DNA of 64,000 nt from a virus (IMGVR_UViG_3300010373_000006:5198-69197), one strand, 5' to 3'; positions 33,571 through 44,253 are shown, counted from the first letter of the stretch. Program-made: numbers and translations. Notes: a model not told the origin generated them from the sequence alone.

Positions 33571-35868
33571 ATGAGCGACACGCCCTCCCCTGACCTGCGG
33601 AAGCTCGGTCCCGCCGAGCTCTGCCGGTTACTCAATTCCACCGAACTCGGAACCGTCTTGACCGAACGGCGCTTGACCCTCCAGCGCAACCGTGCCGGCC
33701 TGCGCGTCGGCTCCGGGCGGCATATCGACCTGATCAAATACGTCGCGTGGCTCGTTGGCGAACGGCACGCGCCTCGGCCTGCCACGATCCCGATGGCGCA
33801 GGGGTACGAGCGCGTCAAGGAAGCCGCACGGCAACGGGCCAGCGAGATCGCCAAGAGCGGTCGAGACATCGGGGAACTGCCCACGGTTGCCGATGCTGAA
33901 CGCAGGGCGGCCTGCCAGTTCAATTACCGGCTGTTCTGCGAATCGTACTTCCCGCAAACCTTCAGCCTCGCATGGAGCGAGGATCATTTGAAGGTTATCG
34001 GCCAGATCGAAACCTCCGTCCTTCAAGGCGGTCTGTTCGCCACCGCGATGCCGCGAGCATCCGGCAAGACCGCCCTCGCCGAAGCGGCCTGCATCTGGGC
34101 ATCCCTCTACGGGCACCGTGACTTCATGGCGCTCATCGGCTCAGACGAGGGCCACGCCGGCCAGATGCTTAACTCCATCAAAGCCGAACTGGAGGGCAAC
34201 GACGAACTCATCGCCGACTTCCCCGAGGTTTGCGTCCCGATCGAAAAACTCGAGGGGATCGCCAACCGATGCGCCGGCCAGCTCTACCAGGGCGAGCGAA
34301 CCCGGATCGGCTGGACTGCCAGCGAAGTCATCCTCCCGACCGTCAAGGGCTCGGCCGCATCGGGTGCGATCATCAAGGTCGCGGGCATCACCGGCGGCCT
34401 GCGCGGCATGAAGTTCAAGCGTCCGGATGGCAAGACTGTTCGCCCCTCGCTGGTGGTCGTCGACGACCCGCAAACCGACGGATCGGCGCACTCCCCAAGC
34501 CAATGCCAGACGCGCGAACGCATCCTCGCGGGTGCGATCCTCGGCCTCGCCGGACCCGGCAAGAAAATCTCCGGCATCATGCCCTGCACGGTAATCGCCA
34601 CCGGCGACATGGCCGACAACATCCTCGACCGCGACAAGCATCCCGAATGGAACGGGACGCGCACGAAGATGATTTACAGCTTCCCGACGAACGAAAAGCT
34701 CTGGGAAGAGTACGCGCGCATCCGCTCCGATGGACTGAAGGCCGAGCAAGGGATCACCGAAGCGACCGAATTCTATCGCGAGAACCGCGAAGCGATGGAT
34801 GAGGGTGCAAAAGTCGCGTGGGAAGAGCGATTCGAGCATGACGAGATATCCGCAATCCAGCATGCGATGAACTTGAAGTTGCGGGATGAGCGCGCGTTCT
34901 TCGCCGAGTACCAGAACGAGCCCATGAAGGACGCGGACGCTCGCCCCGACGACCTCACGCCCGACCAGATCACCGCCAAGCTAAACCGCCACGCAAAGGG
35001 CACTGTCCCTCTTGGCAGCGACAAGATCACCGCATTCATCGACGTGCAAAAGTCGCTCCTGTACTACGCGGTTGTGGGCTGGGAAGACGGCTTCACCGGC
35101 AATCTTCTGGCCTACGGTGCCTTCCCCGAGCAGAACCGCCATTACTTCACGCTCCGCGACGCCAAGCAATCCATCGCCGACGTGATCAAAGCCCCCGACC
35201 TGGAAGGCCAGATTTACGGGGCGCTCGAAATGCTGACCGGAGCGCTCTTGGGTCGCGGATGGCCGAGAGACGACGGCGTTGATCTGAAGATTGAGCGCCT
35301 GTTGATTGACGCCAACTGGGGCGACTCCACGGACATCATTTACAAGTTTTGCAGGCAGTCGCAGCACTCGGCCATCCTCACCCCGGCGCACGGAAAATAC
35401 ATCGGCGCGTCATCCTCCCCGATGCGTGAATGGCCGAAACGCGAGGGCGAACGCCGCGGACAGAACTGGATTCTCCGGTCAGGCGCGAAGCGAAGCGTTC
35501 GGCACGTCATCGTTGATACGAACTTCTGGAAGTCCTTCCTACACAATCGCCTCTCCGTGCCGATGGGCTCGAAGTCCACGTTCACGCTGTACGGCGAGAA
35601 GTCGGCCACACACGAAATGCTGGCCGATCATCTGTGCTCCGAGTACCGCGTTCGCGTGGAGGCGAAGGGCGCGGGCAGGTCGATCGACGAATGGAAGTTG
35701 AAACCCGAACGCCCTGACAACCACCTGTTCGACTGCCTCGTGGGCTGTTGTGTTGGCGCGTCGATGCAAGGCGTTTCGTTGGACGAATCGACCGTTGCGG
35801 CGGCTCCGAAAAAGACGCGCGTCTCATTCAAGGATCTTCAGGCCCAACGACGACAGGCGCGAGCCTGA
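33571..35868 (+). CDS. Terminase large subunit (GpA-like)
   Basis: Walker A MPRASGKT, Walker B VVVDD, nuclease FIDVQ, LIDANWG, DNHLFDC. Confidence 0.9.
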   Translation: MSDTPSPDLRKLGPAELCRLLNSTELGTVLTERRLTLQRNRAGLRVGSGRHIDLIKYVAWLVGERHAPRPATIPMAQGYERVKEAARQRASEIAKSGRDIGELPTVADAERRAACQFNYRLFCESYFPQTFSLAWSEDHLKVIGQIETSVLQGGLFATAMPRASGKTALAEAACIWASLYGHRDFMALIGSDEGHAGQMLNSIKAELEGNDELIADFPEVCVPIEKLEGIANRCAGQLYQGERTRIGWTASEVILPTVKGSAASGAIIKVAGITGGLRGMKFKRPDGKTVRPSLVVVDDPQTDGSAHSPSQCQTRERILAGAILGLAGPGKKISGIMPCTVIATGDMADNILDRDKHPEWNGTRTKMIYSFPTNEKLWEEYARIRSDGLKAEQGITEATEFYRENREAMDEGAKVAWEERFEHDEISAIQHAMNLKLRDERAFFAEYQNEPMKDADARPDDLTPDQITAKLNRHAKGTVPLGSDKITAFIDVQKSLLYYAVVGWEDGFTGNLLAYGAFPEQNRHYFTLRDAKQSIADVIKAPDLEGQIYGALEMLTGALLGRGWPRDDGVDLKIERLLIDANWGDSTDIIYKFCRQSQHSAILTPAHGKYIGASSSPMREWPKREGERRGQNWILRSGAKRSVRHVIVDTNFWKSFLHNRLSVPMGSKSTFTLYGEKSATHEMLADHLCSEYRVRVEAKGAGRSIDEWKLKPERPDNHLFDCLVGCCVGASMQGVSLDESTVAAAPKKTRVSFKDLQAQRRQARA

Positions 35869-35883
35869 GAAGGGAAGCCGCCG

Positions 35884-36153
35884 ATGTCCGCAATTGACGA
35901 TGCCGCCGCAGCCGACGCCGCCCTTGTCTCCGCCTTGGGTGGCCCGCAGCGCGTTACCGGCGACGCGGGCTCGGTGGAGCAATTCAAACTTGCCGACCTG
36001 ATCGCCGCTCATAAGTACCTCGCCTCCATCGCAGCGTCGACGACGCGCAACCGCGGGCTCCGCTTCAACAAACTCACGCCCGATGGCACCGCAGGTCGTC
36101 GCCGATGCGGCGGCTTGACGGACGATCGCTGGCCCTACGGTTTCGGCGGCTAA
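35884..36153 (+). CDS. gpW-like head-tail joining protein
   Basis: Position between terminase and portal; GDAGSVEQFKLADLIAA. Confidence 0.55.
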   Translation: MSAIDDAAAADAALVSALGGPQRVTGDAGSVEQFKLADLIAAHKYLASIAASTTRNRGLRFNKLTPDGTAGRRRCGGLTDDRWPYGFGG

Positions 36154-36162
36154 TACGCAACC

Positions 36163-37653
36163 ATGATCCTCGGTCCTAACGGCCAACCCTTAACGCGACC
36201 ACAAGCCGCGGCGCCGAAGGTGCGCGCACGCTATGACGCCGCGGTCACCGACCACGAGAACAAGAACCACTGGGCGAACGTTGATCACTTCTCCGCGCGT
36301 GCCGCGAACAACATCCAGGTTCGCCGCATCCTCCGCGACCGAGCACGGTACGAACGAGCGAACAACTCCTACTGTGCCGGCATCATCCTCACTCTCGCCA
36401 ACGACACCATCGGCACCGGGCCACGTCTTCAGGTCAACACCGAAGACGAATCGCTGAACGAAACCATCGCGAAGGCATGGGAAGAATGGTCGCGCTGTGC
36501 GGGTCTCGCCCAGAAGCTCCACACGATGCGTCAGAGCCGCGCCGTCGACGGTGAGGCGTTCGCGCTCCTGGTGACGAACCCCCGACTCGGCACGGACGTA
36601 CAACTCGACCTCAAACTACTCGACGCCGAGCAGGTCTCCACGCCATTCCCCTACCCGCTCAACCCGCACGTCGATGACGGGATGGTTATCGACGATCAGG
36701 GTAACGTCGTGGAATGGCACGTACTGAAATATCACCCGGGCGATATGTTCTATTACGGGTTCCCGTTCCAGTTTGACCGCCTATCGCCGTCCCATGTCAT
36801 CCAGTGGTTCCGTGCTGATCGTCCCTGGCAATTCCGCGGCGTACCCGAGATCACACCCGCCCTTCCGCTGTTCGCGCAACTGCGCCGCTACACGCTCGCC
36901 GTGCTCGCCGCTGCCGAAACCGCCGCGGACTTCGCCGCCGTCATTCAGACCGACATGCCGCCGGACTCGGATGACTTCGAGGTTGGCACGCCGTTCGAGA
37001 CGATGCCGATCGACAAACGGATGATGACCACGCTTCCCGCCGGCTACAAACTCGGCCAGTTCAAGGCTGAACAGCCCGCGCAAAACTACGAGATGTTCAA
37101 AGACGCGATCCTCAATGAGATCGCACGATGCATGAACATGCCGTTCAATGTGGCGGCTGGAAATAGCAAGAACTACAACTATTCCAGTGGCCGTCTGGAT
37201 CACCAGACGTACCACAAGGCCATCGGCGTCGATCGCAATCATCTCGAACGAAACGTTCTCGAACCTGTCTTCACAGCCTGGGTAGCCGAAGCACGGCTTG
37301 CGACGAGCATCATTCCGGCCGACCTCCAGACGATTCCCTACCAGTGGTACTGGGACGGTTTCGGCCACGTCGACCCTGCCAAGGAAGCCAACGCGCAGGA
37401 AACCCGGCTCGCGTCATGCACGACCACGCTTGCTCACGAGTGTGCGCGAGAAGGCCGCGACTGGAGACAGGTCATCCGGCAGCGCGCACGCGAAATCGCC
37501 GAGATGCGATCCCTTGGTCTGCCTATCGCCGAGCCGAGCGGAACCGTGCTCGCGCCCGAAGTGGACGAGTCCGACGACACCATCGCGCCGCCCGCATCTG
37601 CCGCGCATCGCGGTCGCAACGGGTTCCTGTCGCATTACCGGAATGGAGATTGA
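36163..37653 (+). CDS. Portal protein, lambda family
   Basis: ARYDAA, LRDRARY, DGEAF, QFRGVP, NYSSGRLD, VDPAKEANA. Confidence 0.92.
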   Translation: MILGPNGQPLTRPQAAAPKVRARYDAAVTDHENKNHWANVDHFSARAANNIQVRRILRDRARYERANNSYCAGIILTLANDTIGTGPRLQVNTEDESLNETIAKAWEEWSRCAGLAQKLHTMRQSRAVDGEAFALLVTNPRLGTDVQLDLKLLDAEQVSTPFPYPLNPHVDDGMVIDDQGNVVEWHVLKYHPGDMFYYGFPFQFDRLSPSHVIQWFRADRPWQFRGVPEITPALPLFAQLRRYTLAVLAAAETAADFAAVIQTDMPPDSDDFEVGTPFETMPIDKRMMTTLPAGYKLGQFKAEQPAQNYEMFKDAILNEIARCMNMPFNVAAGNSKNYNYSSGRLDHQTYHKAIGVDRNHLERNVLEPVFTAWVAEARLATSIIPADLQTIPYQWYWDGFGHVDPAKEANAQETRLASCTTTLAHECAREGRDWRQVIRQRAREIAEMRSLGLPIAEPSGTVLAPEVDESDDTIAPPASAAHRGRNGFLSHYRNGD

Positions 37654-37656
37654 TCA

Positions 37657-40152
37657 ATGGCAGAAACCTTGAATAGCGCAGGCGATTCGCACGCACATTC
37701 CTTGATTGGAAGCGGCGCCGTAGACAAGACAAGTTCATGGTCCTTCAGTGCCGCCGATGGCAACGCACTGCTTGGCCCAAACGGCGACGACTGGGGGCGT
37801 TTTGGCGCCTGCCATCTTGGTATCAATAGTGACTCGCCCGACCAGACGCGCGGGCATTGGTCCTATCCGTTCGCGAAACTCAAGGATGGCAAGACGACAC
37901 TCTTTCGCTCTGCCATCACAGCGATTCGCCAGCGCGCCGGCCAGCAAGGAAGCACCGCGATTTTCGATGCAGCCGGGCGGCTCCTCGAACAGATCGACGG
38001 CAAGAAGAATGCTCAGTCATCGGCTCCGGTCACGCTTCGCGCTGTGGCCACGTTCGACGCAGAGGCCGCGGCGACAAACGACGCAGATCCCGCCGCGCCA
38101 CGCAAGCCGCCCACGTTCACGATGGTCGCCAACACCGGCTCCGTCCCGATGCGACTGGAAGGCTGGCGTTACCCGGTCGTGCTCGACTTCGCCGGCGCCA
38201 ACATCCCGAGCCAATCCCTGCCGATCCGCCTTCACCATGACTCGGCGCAAGGCGTAGGCCACACCACGTCAATCGGCTTCGACAACGGCAACATGGTTGC
38301 AAAAGGTGTTGTCTCGCGTGATACGCCATCATCTCGTGATGTGACCAGTTCTGCGAAGAACGGCTTCCCCTGGCAGGCAAGTGTCGGCGCCTCGCCGGAT
38401 CAAGTCGAGTTCGTCAAAGAGGGCCAGAGCGCGACCGCTAACGGCCGCATGTTCTCCGGCCCAGTGAATATCGTCCGCTCGTGGACGCTCGGCGAAATCA
38501 GTTTCGTCGACCGCGGCGCGGATGGTCAGACGTCGGCAACCGTTGCCGCGTCGCTTCCCGTTGGCTCCCAGAAAGGGAAACCATCAATGTTTGAGCAATG
38601 GTTACAGGCCAAGGGGATCGACCCGACGGCCATCAGCGATGAGATCAAGACAGCGCTCCGTGCGGCGTACGACGCCGAGCAGGAACTGAAGGCCAATGCG
38701 GCAATGACTGCTCAGACCGTACAGGTCAACGCAGCCAACGGTGCCGCGCAAAACGGAGTCCAGGCCAACCCGTCCATCGCCGCGACCCTTGAGCAGATCG
38801 TGCAGGCTCAGCGCGATGAGGATACTCGCGTCCGGCGGATCACGGAGATCGCAGCCGAGCACATCGCAAAGCAGCCTTGGCGGCTTGACCAGTTCGAGAA
38901 GTTGGCCAAGACGGCAATCGCCGCCAAGTCCACCGTGGCCGAATTCGAGCTCAACGCGCTTCGCCTCCGTGCCGAGAGCGGCGCGGGACCGGCCGTGCAT
39001 GTCGGTGCGAGCCCCGACAGCGAAAAGAGCCAGAGCGTCCTTGAGGCTGCGATCTGCAAGACCGGACGTCTCACCAACATCGAGAAGCACTTCGACGCGC
39101 GTACCCTCGAAGCGGCCGACAAGCACTTTCGGTACGGCATCGGCCTTCAGGAAGTGCTGATGTGCGGTGCCGCAGCCAACGGCTATCGCGGTCAGGTCAG
39201 CGACGTCCGCGGCTTGCTCCGCGCGGCGTTCCAGACGGAGATTCGCGCGGAAGGATTCTCGCTTGTCAACATCCCCGGTATCTTGTCCAACGTCATGAAC
39301 AAGTACCTCGTTGACTACTTCAACTCCGTCGAGTCTGCTTGGCGAATCATCGCCGCGATCCGCAACGCTCGCGACTTCAAGCAGATCTCGTCCTACAGCC
39401 TGACCGGCGATCTTCAGTACGACCTGATCGGGCCGACCGGCGAGATCAAGAGCGGTTCGGTCGGGCAGACGTCGTACAACAACCAGGTCGCGACCTACGG
39501 CAAGATCCTTGCTATTACGCGGCAGGACATCATCAACGATGACCTCGGCGCCCTGATGCGTATTCCGCAACGCCTCGGTCGCGGTGCGGCACTGAAGATC
39601 AACGACGTCTTTTATACGACGCTCCTCGCTGGCGTCGGCTCGTTCTGGGTCAGCGGCAACAACAATCTGATCACCGGCGCCACGACGACCTTGACCGCTG
39701 TTGGCTTGACCGCGGCATTGCTCAAGTTCCGCCAGCAGACCGATCCCGACGGCAAGCCGCTGGGCATCACGCCAAAGATTCTGCTCGTGCCTCCCGAACT
39801 GGAGGTTACGGGCAAGCAGTTGATGAACTCCGCATTCTTCAATACCGGCGGTTCCGCCACGACCGCGCAGGTTCCTAACATGAACACATGGCAGGGTGCG
39901 TATAACCTTGCCGCGTCGACCTACCTCTCAAACGCGAACTACACCGGCTACTCGACAACCGCGTGGTTCTTGCTCGCCGATCCGATGGACATGCCTACCA
40001 TCGAGGTTGCGTTCCTCAATGGTCGTGAAGTGCCGATGATCGAATCGGCCGAGGCCGAGTTCGACACGCTTGGCATCCAGGTCCGCGGCGTCCATGACTT
40101 CGGCGTCGCCCTTCAGGAGCAACGCGGCTCCGTTCGCTCCGCAGGCGCGTAA
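37657..40152 (+). CDS. Prohead protease-major capsid protein fusion
   Basis: Protease HD...VGHT, WQASVG, LGEISFV..GAD; Mu-gpT-like capsid TYGKILAITRQDIINDDLGA, LLVPPELE, IEVAFLNG, HDFGV. Confidence 0.88.
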   Translation: MAETLNSAGDSHAHSLIGSGAVDKTSSWSFSAADGNALLGPNGDDWGRFGACHLGINSDSPDQTRGHWSYPFAKLKDGKTTLFRSAITAIRQRAGQQGSTAIFDAAGRLLEQIDGKKNAQSSAPVTLRAVATFDAEAAATNDADPAAPRKPPTFTMVANTGSVPMRLEGWRYPVVLDFAGANIPSQSLPIRLHHDSAQGVGHTTSIGFDNGNMVAKGVVSRDTPSSRDVTSSAKNGFPWQASVGASPDQVEFVKEGQSATANGRMFSGPVNIVRSWTLGEISFVDRGADGQTSATVAASLPVGSQKGKPSMFEQWLQAKGIDPTAISDEIKTALRAAYDAEQELKANAAMTAQTVQVNAANGAAQNGVQANPSIAATLEQIVQAQRDEDTRVRRITEIAAEHIAKQPWRLDQFEKLAKTAIAAKSTVAEFELNALRLRAESGAGPAVHVGASPDSEKSQSVLEAAICKTGRLTNIEKHFDARTLEAADKHFRYGIGLQEVLMCGAAANGYRGQVSDVRGLLRAAFQTEIRAEGFSLVNIPGILSNVMNKYLVDYFNSVESAWRIIAAIRNARDFKQISSYSLTGDLQYDLIGPTGEIKSGSVGQTSYNNQVATYGKILAITRQDIINDDLGALMRIPQRLGRGAALKINDVFYTTLLAGVGSFWVSGNNNLITGATTTLTAVGLTAALLKFRQQTDPDGKPLGITPKILLVPPELEVTGKQLMNSAFFNTGGSATTAQVPNMNTWQGAYNLAASTYLSNANYTGYSTTAWFLLADPMDMPTIEVAFLNGREVPMIESAEAEFDTLGIQVRGVHDFGVALQEQRGSVRSAGA

Positions 40153-40169
40153 TCGGTAACGGCATCTCA

Positions 40170-40202
40170 GCCGGCCGAGGCGTTCTCGGCCGGCATCGTT
40201 TC
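40170..40202 (+). terminator. Hairpin after the capsid gene
   Basis: GCCGGCCGAG-N5-CTCGGCCGGC followed by a short T run. Confidence 0.5.
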
Positions 40203-40210
40203 ATACCGCA

Positions 40211-40471
40211 ATGGAGTCATTCATGAAGGTCACATTGACTACGAATCTCGGTCTCATCGACGCCAAACGGCTCGGAATCGGCGCCGCAATGGAGGGCGAC
40301 ACGATCGACGCTGACGACCCCTCTGCGGGCGAACTGATCAAGCGCGGCTGGGCCATTCCCGCCACCGCGAAGACCACCCCGGCAACCGCCGACATCAAGG
40401 CCGTCCCTCCGACCGGCGATCTGAAAAGCGCACCCAAGGGCGCGCCCACATCGGACAAGGGCCAGGCGTAA
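40211..40471 (+). CDS. Small head-module protein
   Basis: ELIKRGWAIP motif typical of small post-capsid proteins. Confidence 0.55.
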   Translation: MESFMKVTLTTNLGLIDAKRLGIGAAMEGDTIDADDPSAGELIKRGWAIPATAKTTPATADIKAVPPTGDLKSAPKGAPTSDKGQA

Positions 40472-41781
40472 TGCAAACACCCGAGTCCTCAGACCGCCGC
40501 CTGTTTCTCGCGATGCCCGGCTACGGAGAGATGACTGCCGGCGCCGCGCGCGGCTTCTGGCGATCGACCCGACTCCCGGACACTCACGTCTATTACGAGT
40601 ATCGCGAAGGATCGCTCCTCGCCGCGAACTTCAATAGCCTGTGGGTCTCCGCGCTGAATCGCGTCCATCGAGGCCAGCGCGTCGATTACTTCGCGATGCA
40701 ACACGCGGACGTTGAGCCACAGGACTGGTGGCTCGATACGCTCATCGACGAACTCGAATCCAGGGATCTTGATATCCTCGGATGCGTCGTGCCGATCAAG
40801 GACACTCGCGGCACGACGTCGCTCGCCTTGGCACGCGATGACGGCGATGACTGGCGGCCACTGTGCCGGTTGACGATGGAGGAGGTATACCGTCTGCCGC
40901 CGACGTTCACGAGCGACGATACCGGCCATCCGCTCCTACTCAACACCGGCCTTTGGGTCTGTCGGTTCGATCCGTCGTGGGTCACGAAGGTTCACTTCAC
41001 GATCAACGATCGCATTGTCCAGGAGCGTTCGACGGGCGAATATCGCGCGCAGACCGAGCCCGAGGACTGGTACTTCTCCCGGCTCTGCCACGAGCTCAAG
41101 CTCCGCGTTGGCGCCACGCGGAAAATCATATTGACGCACCGCGGGGCTGCATCGTTCACGAATGTTCGCCCCTGGGGTGAGTCCTACGATTCGGCCTGGG
41201 TGGATGAGAGTCCTATCCCGGACGATCTTCCCGGCTTCGCGTTTCCCTTCGATGTGGCCGGCTGGCTCCATCCCGAGGAGGGTCGACAACTCGCGCGGCT
41301 CGCGTCCGGTAAGCGAGTGCTTGAGATCGGCTCATACTGCGGCGCCTCGACGATCTGCCTCGCGCAGACCGCTGCCAGCGTCGTCACGGTTGATCCGCAC
41401 GACGGACGAGCGACTCCGGTCCCGCAACCGACGCTGGAAAACTTGACCAACAATCTCGCGCGCTTTGGTGTGGCGGATCGGGTCGAAATCTGCGTCGGCA
41501 CGTTTGCCGAATGGTCAGTATCGCTGAAGGAAGCATGTTTCGATTTGATATTCATCGACGGCGCGCACGACGCCGATTCGGTCGCCGCCGATATCGCGTG
41601 CTCCCTCGATTTGCTTGCACCGGGCGGCACCCTCGTGTTTCACGACTACCGCTCGAACGAGCCCGCAGTTACAGCCGCCGTCGATGATCTGATCGCATCG
41701 GGCGGTGAACTGGTCTCCGCCTGTTCGTCTCTGGCCGTGGTTCGACCCCCGGCCTCGGTTTCTTTACCCCTGGAGGTCTGA
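40471..41781 (+). CDS. Glycosyltransferase-like domain fused to a class I SAM methyltransferase (Methyltransf_24-like)
   Basis: HAD, EDWYFS (GT-A-like); VLEIGSYCGAST, DLIFIDGAHD, GGTLVFHDY. Confidence 0.75.
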   Translation: MQTPESSDRRLFLAMPGYGEMTAGAARGFWRSTRLPDTHVYYEYREGSLLAANFNSLWVSALNRVHRGQRVDYFAMQHADVEPQDWWLDTLIDELESRDLDILGCVVPIKDTRGTTSLALARDDGDDWRPLCRLTMEEVYRLPPTFTSDDTGHPLLLNTGLWVCRFDPSWVTKVHFTINDRIVQERSTGEYRAQTEPEDWYFSRLCHELKLRVGATRKIILTHRGAASFTNVRPWGESYDSAWVDESPIPDDLPGFAFPFDVAGWLHPEEGRQLARLASGKRVLEIGSYCGASTICLAQTAASVVTVDPHDGRATPVPQPTLENLTNNLARFGVADRVEICVGTFAEWSVSLKEACFDLIFIDGAHDADSVAADIACSLDLLAPGGTLVFHDYRSNEPAVTAAVDDLIASGGELVSACSSLAVVRPPASVSLPLEV

Positions 41782-41784
41782 TCC

Positions 41785-42138
41785 ATGACTCAGGCAATCT
41801 TTCGCCACGGCGAGCCGACGATGATCGACTACACGCCGTCGGCAGGCAACGTGAATGCGGGCGATGTTGTGCTACTCGGCAACACAACCGGGCTCACGCT
41901 CGGCATCGCACATCACGACATCACAAACAACGCGCTAGGCGCCCTCGCTGCCGGCGGCGGCATCTACGATGTGGTCAATCTCAACAACGCAGCGAACTAC
42001 GCAAAGGTGTGGTGGGATACTACCAACACAAAAATCACGACCGTGAGCACGAACAATGCTCTCTTCGGATTCGTGGTCGAGAACGGCGGCGGCGGTGCCA
42101 ATACGACCTGCCGCGCGAAGCACTTCCCCAACGTCTAA
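41785..42138 (+). CDS. DUF2190-like capsid cement protein
   Basis: IDYTPSAGNVNAGDVV...GIAHHDI...GALA..G...VWWD. Confidence 0.75.
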   Translation: MTQAIFRHGEPTMIDYTPSAGNVNAGDVVLLGNTTGLTLGIAHHDITNNALGALAAGGGIYDVVNLNNAANYAKVWWDTTNTKITTVSTNNALFGFVVENGGGGANTTCRAKHFPNV

Positions 42139-42155
42139 GTCTGACGTTGGGTTCA

Positions 42156-42183
42156 GGCTGAGTCGGTCGCCCCGGCTCAGCCT
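42156..42183. terminator. Intergenic hairpin
   Basis: AGGCTGAG(T)CGG...CCGGCTCAGCCT. Confidence 0.4.
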
Positions 42184-42249
42184 CATTCGTATAAACATGG
42201 TGGCTCGGATGGCTCGCGCGTTCTGACCGACGGCGGAGAACCTGGCGAA

Positions 42250-42711
42250 ATGAATTACACCGCGCTACATACCTACATCGCTACCGATCCCGATTCCCTC
42301 GGGCTCACGTCGGCTACGCGCTCCGAGAAAACCGCCATTCTCAACACGCCCGGCAACCGGCTCTCCACAGCGAAGACATGGACGAAAACGGTTGCTCAGG
42401 TGCCCGTCGCAAACGTCCTCGCGTGGGCAGCGGCAGGCCCACTCGCAAAGATCACGGACGCGAGCAATGACACGAATAACGCCGCGCGGTCGATAGCTCT
42501 GGCGGCCCTCAAAATCTTCAGCGGGGCGTTCACGATCTACGACGCAAGCGACCCAACGAACCAGGCTCTACTTGCCGCGCTCGTTAGTGCTGGCCTCTGC
42601 ACGCAGGACCAGGCCAACGCGCTTCCGGTGCTGCCTGCCAGTGCCGCCGAAAACCTATTGGGGTCCGGCACCGTGCTCACCGATCAAGACATCGAAAGGG
42701 CCGGGTTTTAA
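42250..42711 (+). CDS. Virion-associated hypothetical protein
   Basis: GGAG RBS; structural module. Confidence 0.55.
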   Translation: MNYTALHTYIATDPDSLGLTSATRSEKTAILNTPGNRLSTAKTWTKTVAQVPVANVLAWAAAGPLAKITDASNDTNNAARSIALAALKIFSGAFTIYDASDPTNQALLAALVSAGLCTQDQANALPVLPASAAENLLGSGTVLTDQDIERAGF

Positions 42712-42713
42712 GC

Positions 42714-43337
42714 ATGGCCACCAACACTACACCGGTCTTCAGCGAAGTCGCCGTTCTCGCGGCCCAGAGCCTCGCCAAAGGCTCCATCGTGCGCGGCACG
42801 ATCGACCTCACCGCATACCCCGGCGCGTATATCCTGCCCCGCATCGGTCGCGGTGGCACCACGGCCCTCGGGACGGCAATCTCCGTGTTGATTCGGCGCG
42901 TCTACGGAGGGTCGTCGGGGACGCGCATTCACCCGGCGTCAGGACAGAATCGCCTCGGAGGCACGACGGCTGCGGCAAGCACGACCTGCGCAACAAGCGA
43001 TAGCAACTCGGGGCAGAGCGTGCTCACGGTCTCCAGCGGGACCGGCTTTGCGGCGGGCGACCTGCTCTGCATCGCCGATGCCGGTCTCACGCGGACAGAG
43101 TTCGGCCGCATCGCCAAGATTTCGGCGGCGGTCATCACGCTGGATGCGCCGCTTCAGTACACGCACACGTCCGCAGCCGCCGACACGGTGCGAAACCAGT
43201 CGGACGTGTTCACGCCGATCTGGTGTCCGGGCGGGGCCTTGTGGGAAGTGATCTTCGATTACGGGGCATCGGCGTCAGGCGAGACGGTGGTGGTCGAGGC
43301 GCTGGCCCAGAAGTACACGAGCGATATCACCCAATGA
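42714..43337 (+). CDS. Virion structural protein (Thr/Gly/Ala-rich)
   Basis: Composition and position. Confidence 0.55.
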   Translation: MATNTTPVFSEVAVLAAQSLAKGSIVRGTIDLTAYPGAYILPRIGRGGTTALGTAISVLIRRVYGGSSGTRIHPASGQNRLGGTTAAASTTCATSDSNSGQSVLTVSSGTGFAAGDLLCIADAGLTRTEFGRIAKISAAVITLDAPLQYTHTSAAADTVRNQSDVFTPIWCPGGALWEVIFDYGASASGETVVVEALAQKYTSDITQ

Positions 43338-43425
43338 ACACGGAACCAAAGACGCTGTCCGCTGAAGAGGTCGCACGACTCTATGCGACACCTTGGATTC
43401 GATTGCGCGGCGAGAAGCCAAGTAA

Positions 43426-44253
43426 GTGAACTTCAACCGCGCCTCACACCTCTGGCACGGCTTCGACGGCACCCAACAGCCGCCTCCGGGGTGGGAGTTG
43501 GACCCGGATGATGAGTTCGGGGATGCGGCGCTGTCGCTTCTTCCGAGCGATAATAAATTCTATGATTATGGATACAAGAATCTTTCGGCGGGAAACGTCG
43601 GGACAATCACAGGATACGCAGGGTCCAGCGGGCCGCTACTCAGTTTCGGCGGCTCGCAGACGATTCCGATCACGTTTTATCCGCCGCCGTTAGGATTCAT
43701 GGCGATGGCGGTCACTTTCCAGACCACGGTTTCGGGTGCTCAAAACTCGATCCTCGGGTTCAACTCCAACTCGAATGGTATCTCTATTGGATTACATGAT
43801 CGCGATATGTATCTAGATTCAAGTGGCTTTCTGAAGTTTTATGTGTTTAATGGTAGTTCTCAGACTGTGACGTCGAATGCAGCACTCAATGACGGCAAAC
43901 CGCACAGTGTAGTTGGGGTCATCAACGGCAAGCTTTGCATGTATGTTGATGGAGTGCTACAAACCTCAACTGTTTCCAGCGTCAATAATGGATACAACGG
44001 CTATAGTGCTGGTTCGTGCTACCTCGTGATAGGGGCGTGCGCTCAGGGGACGCCAGGGTATTTCACCGGCCAACTGGGTTCGGTCTCAGTTTTCAACCGC
44101 GCCCTCATCCCCTCCCAGATCGCCGACCTCTACTACACGCCGTTCCGTGGGTTCCGACCGCCGGCGGGGCGGAGGGTGGTTGTGGCGCAACCGTCGTCCT
44201 CATGGCCCTGGTGGATCTCCCAGGGATCACCGCTCGGCGCAGGGGTACTCTGA
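43426..44253 (+). CDS. LamG / concanavalin-A-like domain protein
   Basis: LNDGKPHSVVG, MYVDGV, IGA...FTGQLGSVSVFNRALIPSQI. Confidence 0.8.
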   Translation: MNFNRASHLWHGFDGTQQPPPGWELDPDDEFGDAALSLLPSDNKFYDYGYKNLSAGNVGTITGYAGSSGPLLSFGGSQTIPITFYPPPLGFMAMAVTFQTTVSGAQNSILGFNSNSNGISIGLHDRDMYLDSSGFLKFYVFNGSSQTVTSNAALNDGKPHSVVGVINGKLCMYVDGVLQTSTVSSVNNGYNGYSAGSCYLVIGACAQGTPGYFTGQLGSVSVFNRALIPSQIADLYYTPFRGFRPPAGRRVVVAQPSSSWPWWISQGSPLGAGVL

